NCBI GenBank assembly: GCA_002269645.1
Contig: NIVC01000487.1
Span: 62,001 to 126,000 of the forward strand
DNA length: 64,000 nucleotides
Source: Macrostomum lignano
Taxonomy: Eukaryota
Direction: 5' to 3'
In this document: positions 1 to 12,769 of the stretch, one piece after another
How the letters are laid out: the number at the start of each line of letters is the position of its first letter
Numbering within the stretch: the stretch's first letter is position 1
The notes under the pieces: generated by a model
Database searches by the model: none
The model's input: only the letters and a program-made list of their open reading frames with translations
Told to the model about the DNA's origin: nothing
Translations under genes and position numbers: made by a program

Positions 1-556
1 CAGGGAAGGCAGAGAAGCGCCAGACAGACAGGGAAGGCAGAGAAGCGCCAGACAGACAGGGAAGGCAGAGAAGCGCCAGACAGACAGGGAAGGCAGAGAA
101 GCGCCAGACAGACAGGGAAGGCAGAGAAGCGCCAGACAGACAGGGAAGGCAGAGAAGCGCCAGACAGACAGGGAAGGCAGAGAAGCGCCAGACAGACAGG
201 GAAGGCAGAGAAGCGCCAGACAGACAGGAAAGGCAGAGAAGCGCCAGACAGACAGGAAAGGCAGAGAAGCGCCAGACAGGAAAGGCAGAGAAGCGCCAGA
301 CAGGAAAGGCACAGAAGCGCAAGACAGGAAAGGCAGAGAAGCGCCAGACAGACAAGAAAGGCAGAGAAGCGCCAGACAGACAAGAAAGGCAGAGAAGCGC
401 CAGACAGGAAAGGCAGAGAAGCGCCAGACAGGAAAGGCAGAGAAGCGCCAGACAGGAAAGGCAGAGAAGCGCCAGACAAGAAAGGCAGAGAAGCGCCAGA
501 CAGGAAAGGCAGAGAAGCGCCAGACAGGAAAGGCAGTGAAGCGCCAGACAGGAAAG
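1..556. repeat. 24/28-bp minisatellite downstream of TRPM (runs off the window start)
   Basis: (CAGACAGGAAAGGCAGAGAAGCGC)n with CAGA indel variants. Confidence 0.95.
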
Positions 557-713
557 GAAGACATGAGAGTATCAGTATCAGAAACAGTCTCAGAGTTGGT
601 TATGAAATATGAATATCGCAGAGTTAGGGCATGTGAAACGCCTCAGAACTTGAAGTACTTATGTGGAATTTGCATAGCGTGAGCATTACGTCACGTAGAA
701 ATCGCAATAAAAA

Positions 714-3700
714 TTATTTCGAGTCGCCGTCAGGGGACGCCTCGGGCTTGTCGGCGAAAGGCACCGCCGCGGAGGCTGCCTCGGTAGACGAGGTTCGCGC
801 AGCTTCCGCCTCCTCTCCCTCCTCGCGCTCGTCTGCCCGACTTCGACGCGTCTTCCGCTTCGACTTCCGGCTGCCGCCCCGGCGGCGACTCGACAGCGAA
901 CTGCTGAGCGACTCCACGGCCTGCATGATGTCGGCGAGCTTGGCTTCGACGCCTTGCAGCCGGGAGCTCAGGTCGCCGATGCTCGGCCCGGCCGGCTCCG
1001 CTTCCGCCTCAGCCGCTTCCGGTCCGTCCGGCTGACGTTTCTGCAGCTGCAGTCTGGTGTTGCTTCTGCTTTCGCTGAAGATAGGAGTTCGAGAATTCGA
1101 TAATTTCATGGGCTCTGCTTGTCGAATTTCTGACGCCTTAGCAGCCCTCTGAACCCAAATATCCAGCCGTGTGTTGGTAACAGTGTTGAGAGGGGAGCTC
1201 GGCAGTTGACTGCCACAGTATAAGTTAGGGCTAGGGTTATCAGCATTCAATGTGAGATCAACAGCAAAGGGGATCCGGGATCAACAGCCATGTAATCCGG
1301 GATCAATGGGATCAGCAGCCAGGAGATGCGGGATCAATGGGAGCAACAGCCAGGAGATCCGGGATCAATGGGATCAGAAGCCAGGAGATCCGGAATCCAT
1401 GGGATCAGCAGCCAGGAGATGCGGGATCCATGGGAGCAACAGCCAGGAGATCCGGGATCAATGGGATCAGCAGCCAAGAGATCCGGGATCAACAGCCAGG
1501 ACATCCGGGATCTATGGGATCAACAGCCAGGAGATCCGGGATCCATGGGATCAACAGCCAGGAGATCCGGGATCCATGGGATCAGCATCGAGGAGATCCG
1601 GGATCAATGGGATCAGCAGCCAGGTGAAGAACTCACAGCTGGAGGGCAATGCCGGTCAATTTTCTCCGACTGCTGGCGGTCAGCCGCGACTCCAGGTGCT
1701 CAACCTGGTACTTCACATCGTCCAGCCGTTCAAGCGCCAGCAGCCAGTTGTCCTCCTCATCGTCTGGCTGGGCGTACTCGGAACGCCGCGCAGTCAAGTA
1801 CTTGTCGGTGCCCTGCTGCACGAAGGCGCCAAGCATCCGCTGTGTCCTGGAGTCGTAGTCCACCACTACGAAGGGACGGCCATGGACATTTAATGTCACT
1901 ATGCACTTTGACTAGATCCCAGTGTACCAATTTCACCTCTAGGTTGTAGCCTACTAGTTAGAGCGTCCAACACAGGACTTGAAGGTCAGGGGTTCGATTT
2001 CCGATCCCACTTGGAGCAATTTGTGTGCTTGAGCAAGACGCTTGACTCTGCACTGCTTCAGTTCACCCAGCTATAAAATGGGTGCCAACATTAGCTGGAG
2101 TAATTGAGGGTGTGTGGCGACCCCCCCCCCCCCCAGTCCTCGGACTGAACAGCCGTACGCAGCCTTCAGATGCGCCGAGCAATAGCTGCGGCTGAGCTGT
2201 CGGTTATACAAGTTACTAAAAGTGCACAGTTCGAATTCCGTGCACTTACTGAAGGCGTCCCTTGTCGGTGCCTTCCTGCCGCAGGCGGCTCTCCAAAGCC
2301 GCTCCAAGACGTTGGCAATGTGGCACAGCACAGTCAGAGGGTGGCAGAGGAACGGCCTGTGATGGAACTCAAAGATCAGCTGGTAGCGGGAGTAGGCCCA
2401 CACCTTGCGCGAGCTTTCCTGCACCAGGTCGAATGTGTGCTGGAACATGGCGATCAGCAGGTTGAGCAGCAGCACGTTGGTGATGAGCATGTAGAAGGCG
2501 AACAGCACGATCACTAGCGGGCTGTGCACCGCCTCCGATTCCTCGCCCTCGCCGCCGCCCTCGAATCCTCTGCCGGTGACGTTCGACGGCATGATCGGGG
2601 GGCTGTCGGGGCTGACTTTGTCGTCGTCAGCCAGGATGTCGCCGAGCTGGAGCTCGCCGTACATCTGCCAGTAGGGCAGGTAGACGACGTCTTTGATGAG
2701 CTTCCAGGACAGCGGACTGTTGGGGTACAGCAGCGCCTGGGCGGCCACTCCGTAGGCGAGAAGGAACACCACCAGGATGGCGAAGAAAAACACGGTGTCG
2801 TTGATCTGTGGGTAGTGTTAAAGTATTGTAAGTAGTATGGGCCGTTTTTACGCTTTCTTGTGCCAAAGAACACGGACAGGACTCTCTTGTTTCACAATTT
2901 TCGAAGAGTTCTCTCCAAGGTCCTCTAGGACCGCTTTTCCGTAGTGGGAAGCGACACTAACCTGCAGGGCTCGGACGGAATTCCCAACTTAAATCCCGAG
3001 TCCCGACTTCTATCCCGAGTCCCGACTTATATCCCCGAGTCCCGACTTATACCCGAGTCCCGACTTATCTCGAGTCCAAAATTAAATCCCGAGTCCCGAC
3101 TTAAATCCCGAGTCCCGACTTATCCCGAGTCCAAACTTAAATCCCGAGTCCCGACTTAAATCCCGAGTCCCGACTTATCCCGAGTCCAAACTTAAATCCC
3201 GAGTCCAAACTTAAATCCCGAGTCCCGACTTAAATCCCGAGTCCCGACTTATCCCGAGTCCAAACTTAAATCCCGAGTCCAAACTTAAATCCCGAGTCCC
3301 GACTTAAATCCCGAGTCCCGACTTATCCCGAGTCCAAACTTAAATCCCGAGTCCAAACTTAAATCCCGAGTCCCGACTTAAATCCCGAGTCCCGACTTAT
3401 CCCGAGTCCAAACTTAAATCCCGAGTCCAAACTTAAATCCCGAGTCCAAACTTAAATCCCGAGTCCCGACTTAAATCCCGAGTCCCGACTTATCCCGAGT
3501 CCAAACTTAAATCCCGAGTCCAAACTTAAATCCCGAGTCCAAACTTAAATCCCGAGTCCAAACTTAAATCCCGAGTCCAAACTTAAATCCCGAGTCCAAA
3601 CTTAAATCCGGAGTCCAAACTTAAATCCGGAGTCCAAACTTAAATCTCGAGTCGCGACACTGAAATCGAGACTGTTCGGAACAAATTAGGACAAGAATTA

Positions 3701-6700
3701 AAAAACTTGAAAAAGGTAACTACAGTTACTCACCATCCTAGTAACCATGACAACCTTTGGCCCCAGAGTTTGATGAATCAAATAGAACTGCATAAATCGA
3801 ATGTAGAACATGGTTAGCGTCAGCGCGTAAGTCATGCGGACCCACACGAAGTATTCTTCCGTAACGAATACCCGAACCAGGATGCAGGAGATCATCATGA
3901 GATTGAGCACCAGGTCGAACACGTCCCAAGCGTGTGCGAACCAGTCCTTCAGCTTTTCCAGCGCGCTCACCTTGTTTCGGTCGAATATTTGGCGAATTTC
4001 TTCGGCAATGAGGCTCACCATCCAGCCTGAAATATCAAACGATTTCCTTAATGCAAGATTTGGGAGCAGAGATTTCTCCAACCCCCCTCCCAGGATCATT
4101 GTACATTGATGATAAGAGGACAGAGATTTTTCCAATCCCACTCTCAGGATCATTGTACATTGATGATAAGAGGACAGAAATTTCCCCAACCCCACTCCCA
4201 AGATCAGTGTACATTGATGATAAGAGGACAGAGATTTTTCCAATCCCACTCTCAGGATCATTGTACATTGATGATAAGAGGGCAGATTTCTTAAAACCCA
4301 CTCCCAGGATCAGTGTACATTGATGATAAGAGGGCAGAGATTTCTCCAACCCCACTCTCAGGATCAGTGTACATTGATGATAAGAGGGCAGATTTCTTAA
4401 AACCCACTCCCAGGATCAGTGTACATTGATGATAAGAGGGCAGATTTCTTAAAACCCACTCCCAGGATCAGTGTACATTGATGATAAGAGGGCAGAGATT
4501 TCTCCAACCCCACTCTCAGGATCAGTGTACATTGATGATAAGAAGGCAGATTTCTTAAAGGCCACTCCCAGGATCAGTGTACATTGATTATAAGAAGGCA
4601 GATTTCTTAAAGGCCACTCCCAGGATCAGTGTACATTGATTATAAGAAGGCAGATTTCTTAAAGGCCACTCCCAGGATCAGTGTACATTGATTATAAGAA
4701 GGCAGATTTCTTAAAGGCCACTCCCAGGATCAGTGTACATTGATTATAAGAAGGCAGATTTCTTAAAGGCCACTCCCAGGATCAGTGTACATTGATTATA
4801 AGAAGGCAGATTTCTTAAAGGCCACTCCCAGGATCAGTGTACATTGATTATAAGAAGGCAGATTTCTTAAAGGCCACTCCCAGGATCAGTGTACATTGAT
4901 GGTTTTAGATTTCTTCCCCATCAGGCCCGGCTTCGTTCCAGTTTCAAAAATGAAATTACTGACCAATCAGTACGAATTCTAGCACACTGGGCTGCGGCTC
5001 CTCCTCCGTGGCCTCGTTCGGGTGCTTCAGCGTCACCAGGGTCACAAAGGAGAACAGCAGCAGAAAGACAACGGCTGAGGCCACGGTGCTGATAAACTTC
5101 ACCTGCGGTGACGTGTAGAACATGAACACGCACTGAAGGAAAGACGGGTTTTGAATGTGCCCGCCACTGGACACCTGCTGCTGCTGTTGCGACTTGCGCA
5201 GAGACGGCGTGGCGCCTTGCTGCTTGTGCTGCTGCTGCTGCTGCTGCTGATGTCTATCAAATGACTGCCGAGTAGACACAGTCTTCGGCTGCACCGATGA
5301 GCGCTTCATCTGTACAGTAGGAGTTCGAATAAAGGGCTTGAGAATAGTCGATTCACTCAGTGAGCTGCAGCCCGCTGCTCTTCTTCACTCCCACTACTCC
5401 CTCTCCAGTCCTCCTATTCCCCCTCCAGTCCCGCTACTCCCCCTCCAGTCCCGCTACTCCCCTCCAGTCCCACTACTCCCTCTCCAGTCCTCCTATTCCC
5501 CCTCCAGTCCCGCTACTCCCCTCCAGTCCCGCTACCCCCTCCAGTCCCGCTACCCTCCCTCCAGTTCCGCTACTACCCCTCCAGTCCCGCTACCCTCCCT
5601 CCAGTCCCGCTACCCTCCCTCCAGTTCCGCTACTACCCCTCCAGTCCCGCTACCCCCCTCCAGTCCCGCTACCCCCCCCCTCCAGTCCCGCTACCCCCCC
5701 CCTCCAGTCCTGCTACCCTGCCTCCAGTCCCGCGTCCACGTGACCCGATCTTTGAGCATTGCAGTACTCACTCTGACACTCGAATGCCTGTCGCCTCCGG
5801 CACCGGTGGACTCGCCAGCAGGCGGGCTGGTCAGCAGCCACTTGTCAAAGATGAGCGCAGGTATGAGCATGGGTAGCAGCATGCAAATCAGGGTGCGCCA
5901 CAGAGGCAGGTAGGTCTTGCTGCCAGCAATCCAGATGTCGCTGATTTTGGTCTGCACAGCCTGCTGGGACATGAACTCCATGCACTCGCCTTGGTCGGCC
6001 AGAGTTAGCAGGGTCTGGCCGTCCCAGACTGGCAACCGGCGGACCAGAGTGTCCAGCGTTTTCTGCTTGTCCTGCGCGTAGCATGTGGCCAGAACTCCCG
6101 CAGCCAGGCCTTCGAAACTGTCGGCAGCGGCGCCGAGCTGGGCGCTGGCCTCTAGGGAGCCTTCGGACTCGGCTAGGGACTTCATGTTGCGCAACATCAT
6201 GGCGGACACCAGAGCGCTGGCGATGGTGTCGCTGGTCTGCGGGTGGGGGGGGTCACGTGGTGCGGTAGCCTTTGATTAGTCTTCTGGTTGGCGGACTAGC
6301 CTCTCCTGACTTCAGGACTTCAGGACCCACTGATACGCTTCCATCCAACACTTCAGGACTCTCTGATGCACTTCCATCCAAGACTTCAGGACTCTCTGAT
6401 GCACTTCCATCCAAGACTTCAGGACTCTCTGATGCACTTCCATCCAAGACTTCAGGACTCTCTGATGCACACTTCCATCCAAGACTTCAGGACTCTCTGA
6501 TGCACACTTCCATCCAAGACCTCTCCTGACTTCAGGACTTCAGGACTCTCTGATGCACTTCCATCCAAGACTGCAGGCTCTCTGATGCACACTTCCATCC
6601 AAGATTTCAGGACTCTCTGATGCACACTTCCATCCAAGACTTCAGGACTCTGATGCACTTCCATCCAAGACTTCAGGACCCTCTGATGCGCTTCCACCCA

Positions 6701-9700
6701 AGATTTCACGACCCTCTGATGCACTTCAACCCAAGACTTCAGGACTCTTTCCGTTGAAAGTCTTCAGAACGCTCACTCAGTCCCTTCGGCTGGCACTCAC
6801 CCATTAGTTAGTGTTTCCGAGTGGTCTCAAGTCTTTAGCCTTCTCCCAAAGCAAATTATTATTCGCCTCACCTGTCGCCAGATAATCCTGGCCATGTCAG
6901 TGCGCTGCACCACAATAGACCAGATCAGCAGGTCCTCAGCTTGGTAGGAGCTCCTGTCCCGGCGCGGGTACGGACTGCGCAGCACCCCGCCAGACTTGGC
7001 CGACACGTACAGCCCGACGGCGCGCAGGAGGCGTTCCTGGTAAGCCGTCTGGCTCTCGTTGTGCGTGGCGTAGCCGACTGTCTTGGACTCGGTCATCAGC
7101 CAGCTGGACAGGGGGCTCTGATGGGTTGCGGGAACAGTTGCTTTTCTGCTAGCCTTGCCCTCAAAGTCTACCCCGCAAACGCCCACAGTACACTTACGCT
7201 CAGGTAGTCCAGCTGCTCTCTCAGACGCATCATTTGTGGATCCGGCTTGTTGATCAGCTGAAGTTTGAAGATGGTGAAATTTGACAGTAAATTGCTTTTT
7301 GTAATGTAATTTACTCGTTTTTACTGAGGTGGGTGATGAAACAGGGTAGGTGATGAAACAGTGAGGTGGGTGATGAAACAGTGATTTGGGTGATGAAACA
7401 GTGAGGTTGGTGATGAAACAGTGAGGTGGGTGATGAAACAGTGAGGTGGGTGATGAAACAGTGAGGTGGGTGATGAAACAGTGAGGTAGGTGATGAAACA
7501 GTGAGGTGGGTGATGAAACAGTGAGGTGGGTGTTGAAACAGGGTAGGTGATGAAACAGTGAGGTGGGTGGTGAAACAGTGAGGTGGGTGATGAAACAGGG
7601 TAGGTGATGAAACAGTGAGGAGGGTGATGAAACAGTGAGGAGGGTGATGAAACAGTGAGGTGGGTGATGAAACAGTGAGGTAGGTGATGAAACAGTGAGG
7701 TGGGTGATGAAACAGTGAGGTGGGTGTTGAAACAGGGTAGGTGATGAAACAGTGAGGTGGGTGGTGAAACAGTGAGGTGGGTGATGAAACAGTGATTTGG
7801 GTGATGAAACAGTGAGGTGGGTGATGAAACAGTGATTTGGGTGATGAAACAGTGAGGTTGGTGATGAAACAGTGAGGTGGGTGATGAAACAGTGAGGTGG
7901 GTGATGAAACAGTGAGGTGGGTGATGAAACAGTGAGGTAGGTGATGAAACAGTGAGGTGGGTGATGAAACAGTGAGGTGGGTGTTGAAACAGGGTAGGTG
8001 ATGAAACAGTGAGGTGGGTGGTGAAACAGTGAGGTGGGTGATGAAACAGTGAGGTGGGTGATGAAACAGGGTAGGTGATGAAACAGTGAGGAGGGTGATG
8101 AAACAGTGAGGTAGGTGATGAAACAGTGAGGTGGGTGATGAAACAGTGAGGTGGGTGATGAAACAGTGAGGTGGGTGATGAAACAGTGAGGTGGGTGATG
8201 AAACAGTGAGGTGGATGATGAAACAGTGAGGTGGGTGATGAAACAGTGAGGTGGGTGATGAAACAGTGAGGTGGATGATGAAACTGTGAGGTGGATGATG
8301 AAACAGTGAGGTGGATGATGAAACAGTGAGGTGGGTGATGAAACTGTGAGGTGGATGATGAAACAGTGAGGTGGGTGATGAAACAGTGAGGTGGGTGATG
8401 AAACAGTGAGGTGGATGATGAAACAGTGAGGTGGGTGATGAAACAGTGAGGTGGGTGATGAAACAGTGAGGTGGGTGATGAAACAGTGAGGTGGATGATG
8501 AAACAGTGAGGTGGGTGATGAAACAGTGAGGTGGGTGATGAAACAGTGAGGTGGGTGATGAAACAGTGAGGTGGATGATGAAACAGTGAGGTGGGTGATG
8601 AAACAGTGAGGTGGATGATGAAACAGTGAGGTGGGTGATGAAACTGTGAGGTGGATGATGAAACAGTGAGGTGGGTGATGAAACTGTGAGGTGGATGATG
8701 AAACAGTGAGGTGGGTGATGAAACAGTGAGGTGGGTGATGAAACAGTGAGGTGGGTGATGAAACAGTGAGGTAGGTGATGAAACAGTGAGGTGGGTGATG
8801 AAACAGTGAGGTGGGTGATGAAACAGTGAGGTGGGTGATGAAACAGTGAGGTGGGTACGATGCTTCATCATGCTTCTCCCCCTTCCGCACCGAGCTGTAG
8901 AGGCCGGCCAGCGTCTCCAGGTTCAGCAGGGTGCCAATGTTGATTCCGTGGTCGAACAGAAGAGACACGAACTCCGTCTGGTTGCGCGCCAGAGCCCGCA
9001 GCATGCTGTATTCGAGGTCTCGGCCAGTCAGCTGCTCCCACTTGGCCTTCCGTTCTGACGAGAAAATTTCCTGCGCGGCCAGGTCGGGCCGGTTCCAGGC
9101 CATGGCCATGTTCAGCTGGGTCACCACGCTCAGCGAGGTCTGGCGAAGGAAGGTCGTGAGGATGACTCGGTCCAGCTGCTCGTTGGGGTCCATGGACTCG
9201 GCGTCGTAGACGTTCAGCATGCGCTGATAGTCGGGCTCGGCTAGCTTCATCAGCCAGTCCACCAGGCTGCGCATCTCGCTGGAGTTGGGCTCGAATTCCG
9301 AGGAGAAGTGCTCCTCCGTTATGGCCTCGATCTCGTACCTGGGTGGGCGCAGCGATGATGGAGCTGGATAGAGGGATCTTTATAATGGGATCTGATAGTG
9401 GGATCCAGATAAGTAGGATCTGGATATGTTGGATCAGGATAGTGGGATCAGGATAGTGGGATCTAGATAGTTGGATCAGGATAGTGGCATCTGGATAGTG
9501 GCATCTGGATAGTGGCATCTGGATAGTGGCATCTGGATAGTGGTATCTGGATAAGTTGGATCTGGATAGTGAGATCTGAGTGTTGATGATTCAGGCTAAG
9601 TTCAAGAAGTGCTCCCGTACCTCTCGAGCTCCGTGTTCTCGCAGATGTAGGCGATGACGTTGGCAGCTCGGCCGGAGCCCTTGACAACCACGACTGGCGA

Positions 9701-12191
9701 GCCGGTCTCGACGCTCACCAACGCCGCTTGCACGTCCTTGCGGCCGCCCTCGATGATGAGGTGCACGCACGGCGTCACGGAGCGCAGGTCGCTGCCGTCG
9801 CCGCGGCTTCGCCGTCGAACCATCTGCTCAGCAACTTTCTTCTCGAAGCTGGCCCGGAAGTCGATCTCGGCGCCGAACATGGACTCGGTGCCGTCGTCGC
9901 ACAGCAGGAAGTGGGTGTGGTGCGGCTCCAGCACCGCCTGGCCCTTCACCGGCGCGGTGTTGTCGGGGTTTCGGTAGGTGGACACTGGCAGGTCGTCTTC
10001 GAGACTCTGCGCGCGGCGTTTAGAGGATTTGGGAGGTGCACCTTTGCAAGCTCGAAATTTCACACTGGGCTGAGGAAGTTTCGAGCTTGAGGAAGTTTCG
10101 AGCTTGAGGAAGTTTCGAGCTTGAGGAAGTTTCGAGCTTGAGGAAGTTTCGAGCTTTAGGAAGTTTCGAGCTTGAGGAATTTTCGAGCTTTAGGAAGTTT
10201 CGAGCTTGAGGAAGTTTCGAGCACTTTTCAATCTCAATCTCATTCTATGAAATGGTCAAGTTTACTTAAATTCACTGCTAAGCACGCCGCATAAATACCT
10301 TGTCCTCGCTGACCAGCAGGCACTCTTTGTCGCGCACGGAGCCCCAGGGACAGACGCCGATGAGCACAACGTCTCGCTCGCTGCCGCCAGCCAGTTGGTA
10401 GTCGCGAATCGCTTCCCCGACAAGCTTGTTTGTGCCAAGGTTGAAACCTCCAGTCACGATCCACGTCTCTGTTCGGGGAGAGGAGAGGTGAGGGGTTTTT
10501 CTCTGGTTTATGCCTTCGGTCAAGGACTTTGGTCTCAGCTCAGTCGCTGATTGACCAGCCAGAACCAGCACAACTGTCTGTCCTACCTTGGCTGGCCGCT
10601 GATTGGCTAGCCAGAACCAGTACAACTGTCTCGTGTCTGTCTTACCCTGGCTGGCCGCTGATTGGCTAGCCAGAACCAGCACAACTGTCTCGTGTCTGTC
10701 TTACCCTGGCTGGCCGCTGATTGGCTAGCCAGAACCAGCACAACTGTCTGTCTTACTCTGGCTGGCCGCTGATTGGCTAGCCATAACCAGCACAACTGTC
10801 TGTCCTACACGTACCCTGGCTGGCCGCTGATTGACCAGCCAGAAACAGCTCAATTGTCTGTCTTACCCTGGCTGGCCGCTGATTGGCTAGCCATAACCAG
10901 CACAACTGTCTGTCCTACACGTACCCTGGCTGGCCGCTGATTGACCAGCCAGAAACAGCTCAATTGTCTGTCTTACCCTGGCTGGACGCTGATTGGCTAG
11001 CCAGAACCAGCACAACTGTCTGTCTTGCCCTGGCTGGACGCTGATTGGCTAGGTCCTGTTTTACTATTTATTTCCCGTTTTAAAACACCGCAATCAGCTT
11101 TAAGTGATTCTTATCCAGGAAAAGCTTGTATTCGTGAAATCTTAGTAAACGCATAGTTCTGACGAGAGCAGCACTCACTAGTTTTCGTGGCGATATTGAT
11201 AATACCCTGGCGCAGCTTCTTAATAATCTTGTCCGACATCGGTCGCATCTTCTTGGCACCGCCGGTGACGCTGACGATGAGCTCCGGCTCGGGGATGCGC
11301 CAGGTTTTAGTCAGCAGCTTCCACAGCAGGTTGGGCCTTGAATTCAGGCAGTCCAGCCGGATGTACTTGGCGTTCTGGCCAAGCCGAGTGAATTCGAAGT
11401 TCTCGAAGCGCAACACTCCGTAGGCGTCAGTTCGAGTCGTCGCCGTGCAACCGTCCACTGTCCAGCGCTTCGGCAGTCGGGCTGTCCGAGACAGAGTGTC
11501 CGCGCTGGCGTCGGTGATGTCGGTGACGGCGGCTGCGGCGGCCGCTTTGGAGGCATGCCAGGCTGCCGAGCGATTGCAGCAGCAGATTCTGGGACTGCGC
11601 GGGTAGGAGAGACTTTTCTGGGACTTCAGTGAAGGACTTATCGGGAAATTCGGTGAGGCACTTATCTGGGACTCGAAGGAATTTTATCTGGGACATTAAT
11701 AATTTTTTATCTCGAACTTGAATCAAAAAGCGGGACTGGGACTGATGGGTGATGTAAATTGACAGCAAGGATTAATACATGTAATTGTCTCACCTGTTCG
11801 CTCGCGGCACAAACTGGAAGCACTCTCTTTTCTGGAAACTGCTGTAGATGTCCCTCTCGGGCTCAGTGACCATGGAGTGCATCTGCGGAGCGGGTCAAAA
11901 TACTTGATATAAAGGGTTTTTACGGAAAATCCGCGGAACTTCCACGAGTATAGTAGGAGCAGACGAAGTGAATGTGTAGTTTTTAAAGATGCCTTCCCTT
12001 CAAATTGGCTTAGTCTCAGGGGGAGGCTGGGCACTGCCTAAAATCAAGGCAACAGTCAGCACCCATAGTGTACTCCTTGGGCAATGGGACATCATGTGCG
12101 TACGATTGAAACTTACTGCCAGCCCGTTGGGCAAGCCGTCGCCTTCATCCTCATAATCTGAGAAGTCTCCATACTCCGAGCCAGAATCCAT
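714..12191 (-). CDS. TRPM: TRPM-family cation channel, 14 exons, about 1377 aa, with no NUDT9-H or kinase domain
   Basis: Exons: 12117-12191, 11794-11882, 11179-11588, 10299-10468, 9621-10006, 8891-9338, 7198-7257, 6872-7117, 5772-6236, 4964-5309, 3734-4026, 2250-2805, 1637-1865, 714-1074. All introns are GT-AG, phases chain correctly, and the total is 4134 nt including TAA. TRPM motifs: FQKRECFQF..CCCNR, TDAYGVLRF, PELIVSVTGGA, WIVTGG, HHTHFLLCDDG, VVVKGSGRAA, LAWNR-like MAWNR, EEIRQ, PYWQMYGE, NVLLLNLLIAMF, TRP box WAYSRY, C-terminal coiled coil. The last two exon boundaries are the least certain. Confidence 0.93.
1252..1625. repeat. About 31-bp minisatellite, TRPM intron 13
   Basis: (CCAGGAGATCCGGGATCCATGGGATCAACAG)n. 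Confidence 0.9.
1942..2207 (+). mobile_element. tRNA-derived SINE (copy 1) in TRPM intron 12
   Basis: A-box-like TAGCCTACTAGTTAGAGCG, B-box GGTTCGATTTC (1991), and central TTGAGCAAGAC..CTTCAGTTCACCCAGCTATAAAATGGGT shared with the two other copies. Confidence 0.75.
2990..3650. repeat. 17/19-bp minisatellite, TRPM intron 11
   Basis: (AAATCCCGAGTCCAAACTT / AAATCCCGAGTCCCGACTT)n. Confidence 0.95.
4065..4900. repeat. 52-54-bp minisatellite, TRPM intron 10
   Basis: (CAGGATCAGTGTACATTGATTATAAGAAGGCAGATTTCTTAAAGGCCACTCC)n. Confidence 0.95.
5388..5732. repeat. C-rich 17-20-bp minisatellite, TRPM intron 9
   Basis: (CCCTCCAGTCCCGCTAC..)n. Confidence 0.9.
6305..6750. repeat. About 33-bp minisatellite, TRPM intron 8
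   Basis: (CTTCAGGACTCTCTGATGCACTTCCATCCAAGA)n. Confidence 0.92.
7325..8856. repeat. 20-bp minisatellite, TRPM intron 6
   Basis: (GTGAGGTGGGTGATGAAACA)n over about 1.5 kb. Confidence 0.97.
9360..9580. repeat. 14-bp minisatellite, TRPM intron 5
   Basis: (TGGATAGTGGCATC)n, degenerate. Confidence 0.85.
10070..10222. repeat. 17-bp minisatellite, TRPM intron 4
   Basis: (GAGGAAGTTTCGAGCTT)n. Confidence 0.92.
10545..11052. repeat. 52-62-bp minisatellite, TRPM intron 3
   Basis: (CCCTGGCTGGCCGCTGATTGGCTAGCCAGAACCAGCACAACTGTCTGTCTTA)n. Confidence 0.92.
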
Positions 12192-12769
12192 CAACTCAGA
12201 CAGGTAGCTTTTACAAATAATTATAAGTTTTCGACTGCCACTCACTGAGCAGTAAAGACACTGTTGCTTTCGATAGTGAGCTCTGAGCTTGCCTGAGAAG
12301 AAAAATAAAACAAAAAATACCAATTTCGTGGACGGCAATAGATAGCTGAAGGGCCACTCGTATGGGGGACCGCTTATCCCAGTCAGATAAGGCTCGGTCG
12401 AGACTGCACAAATCGCAGGGTCAAAAAACAGCTCGCACTTGAGCACTGCTCAAATTCTGTACATGCCATTCTAATAGTCGGAACGGCAACTGTCATGCAT
12501 GCCATTAATTCTGCTAAGGCGATATCTCAAACATACGGCTGGGTGTGCGCTGTTGCCACGGGTAACGGGTACTCAGAAATAGATTGACTGCGCGCAATAA
12601 CTGCTCATAATTTCTAGTACAGATGCTTCTCAGAACATATTCGGCTCTCAGTACGGCATGCTCGATGTGGGTGGCATTCTAAAATATCAGAAACAGCTTA
12701 ACTGAACCGTATGGTCCGAATTTTTCGCTCAAACTATACTTCAGCGCATCGCCCATAGGCGAATGCTGC

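Noticed and set aside
1942-2030. tRNA gene
   Set aside because: A and B boxes are present, but no convincing cloverleaf or T-run terminator, and the sequence continues into a repeated SINE body.
6827-9274. 815-aa ORF
   Set aside because: It is a chimera of TRPM exon 6, the 20-bp intronic minisatellite, exon 7 read out of frame, intron 7 and exon 8. The splice model explains it.
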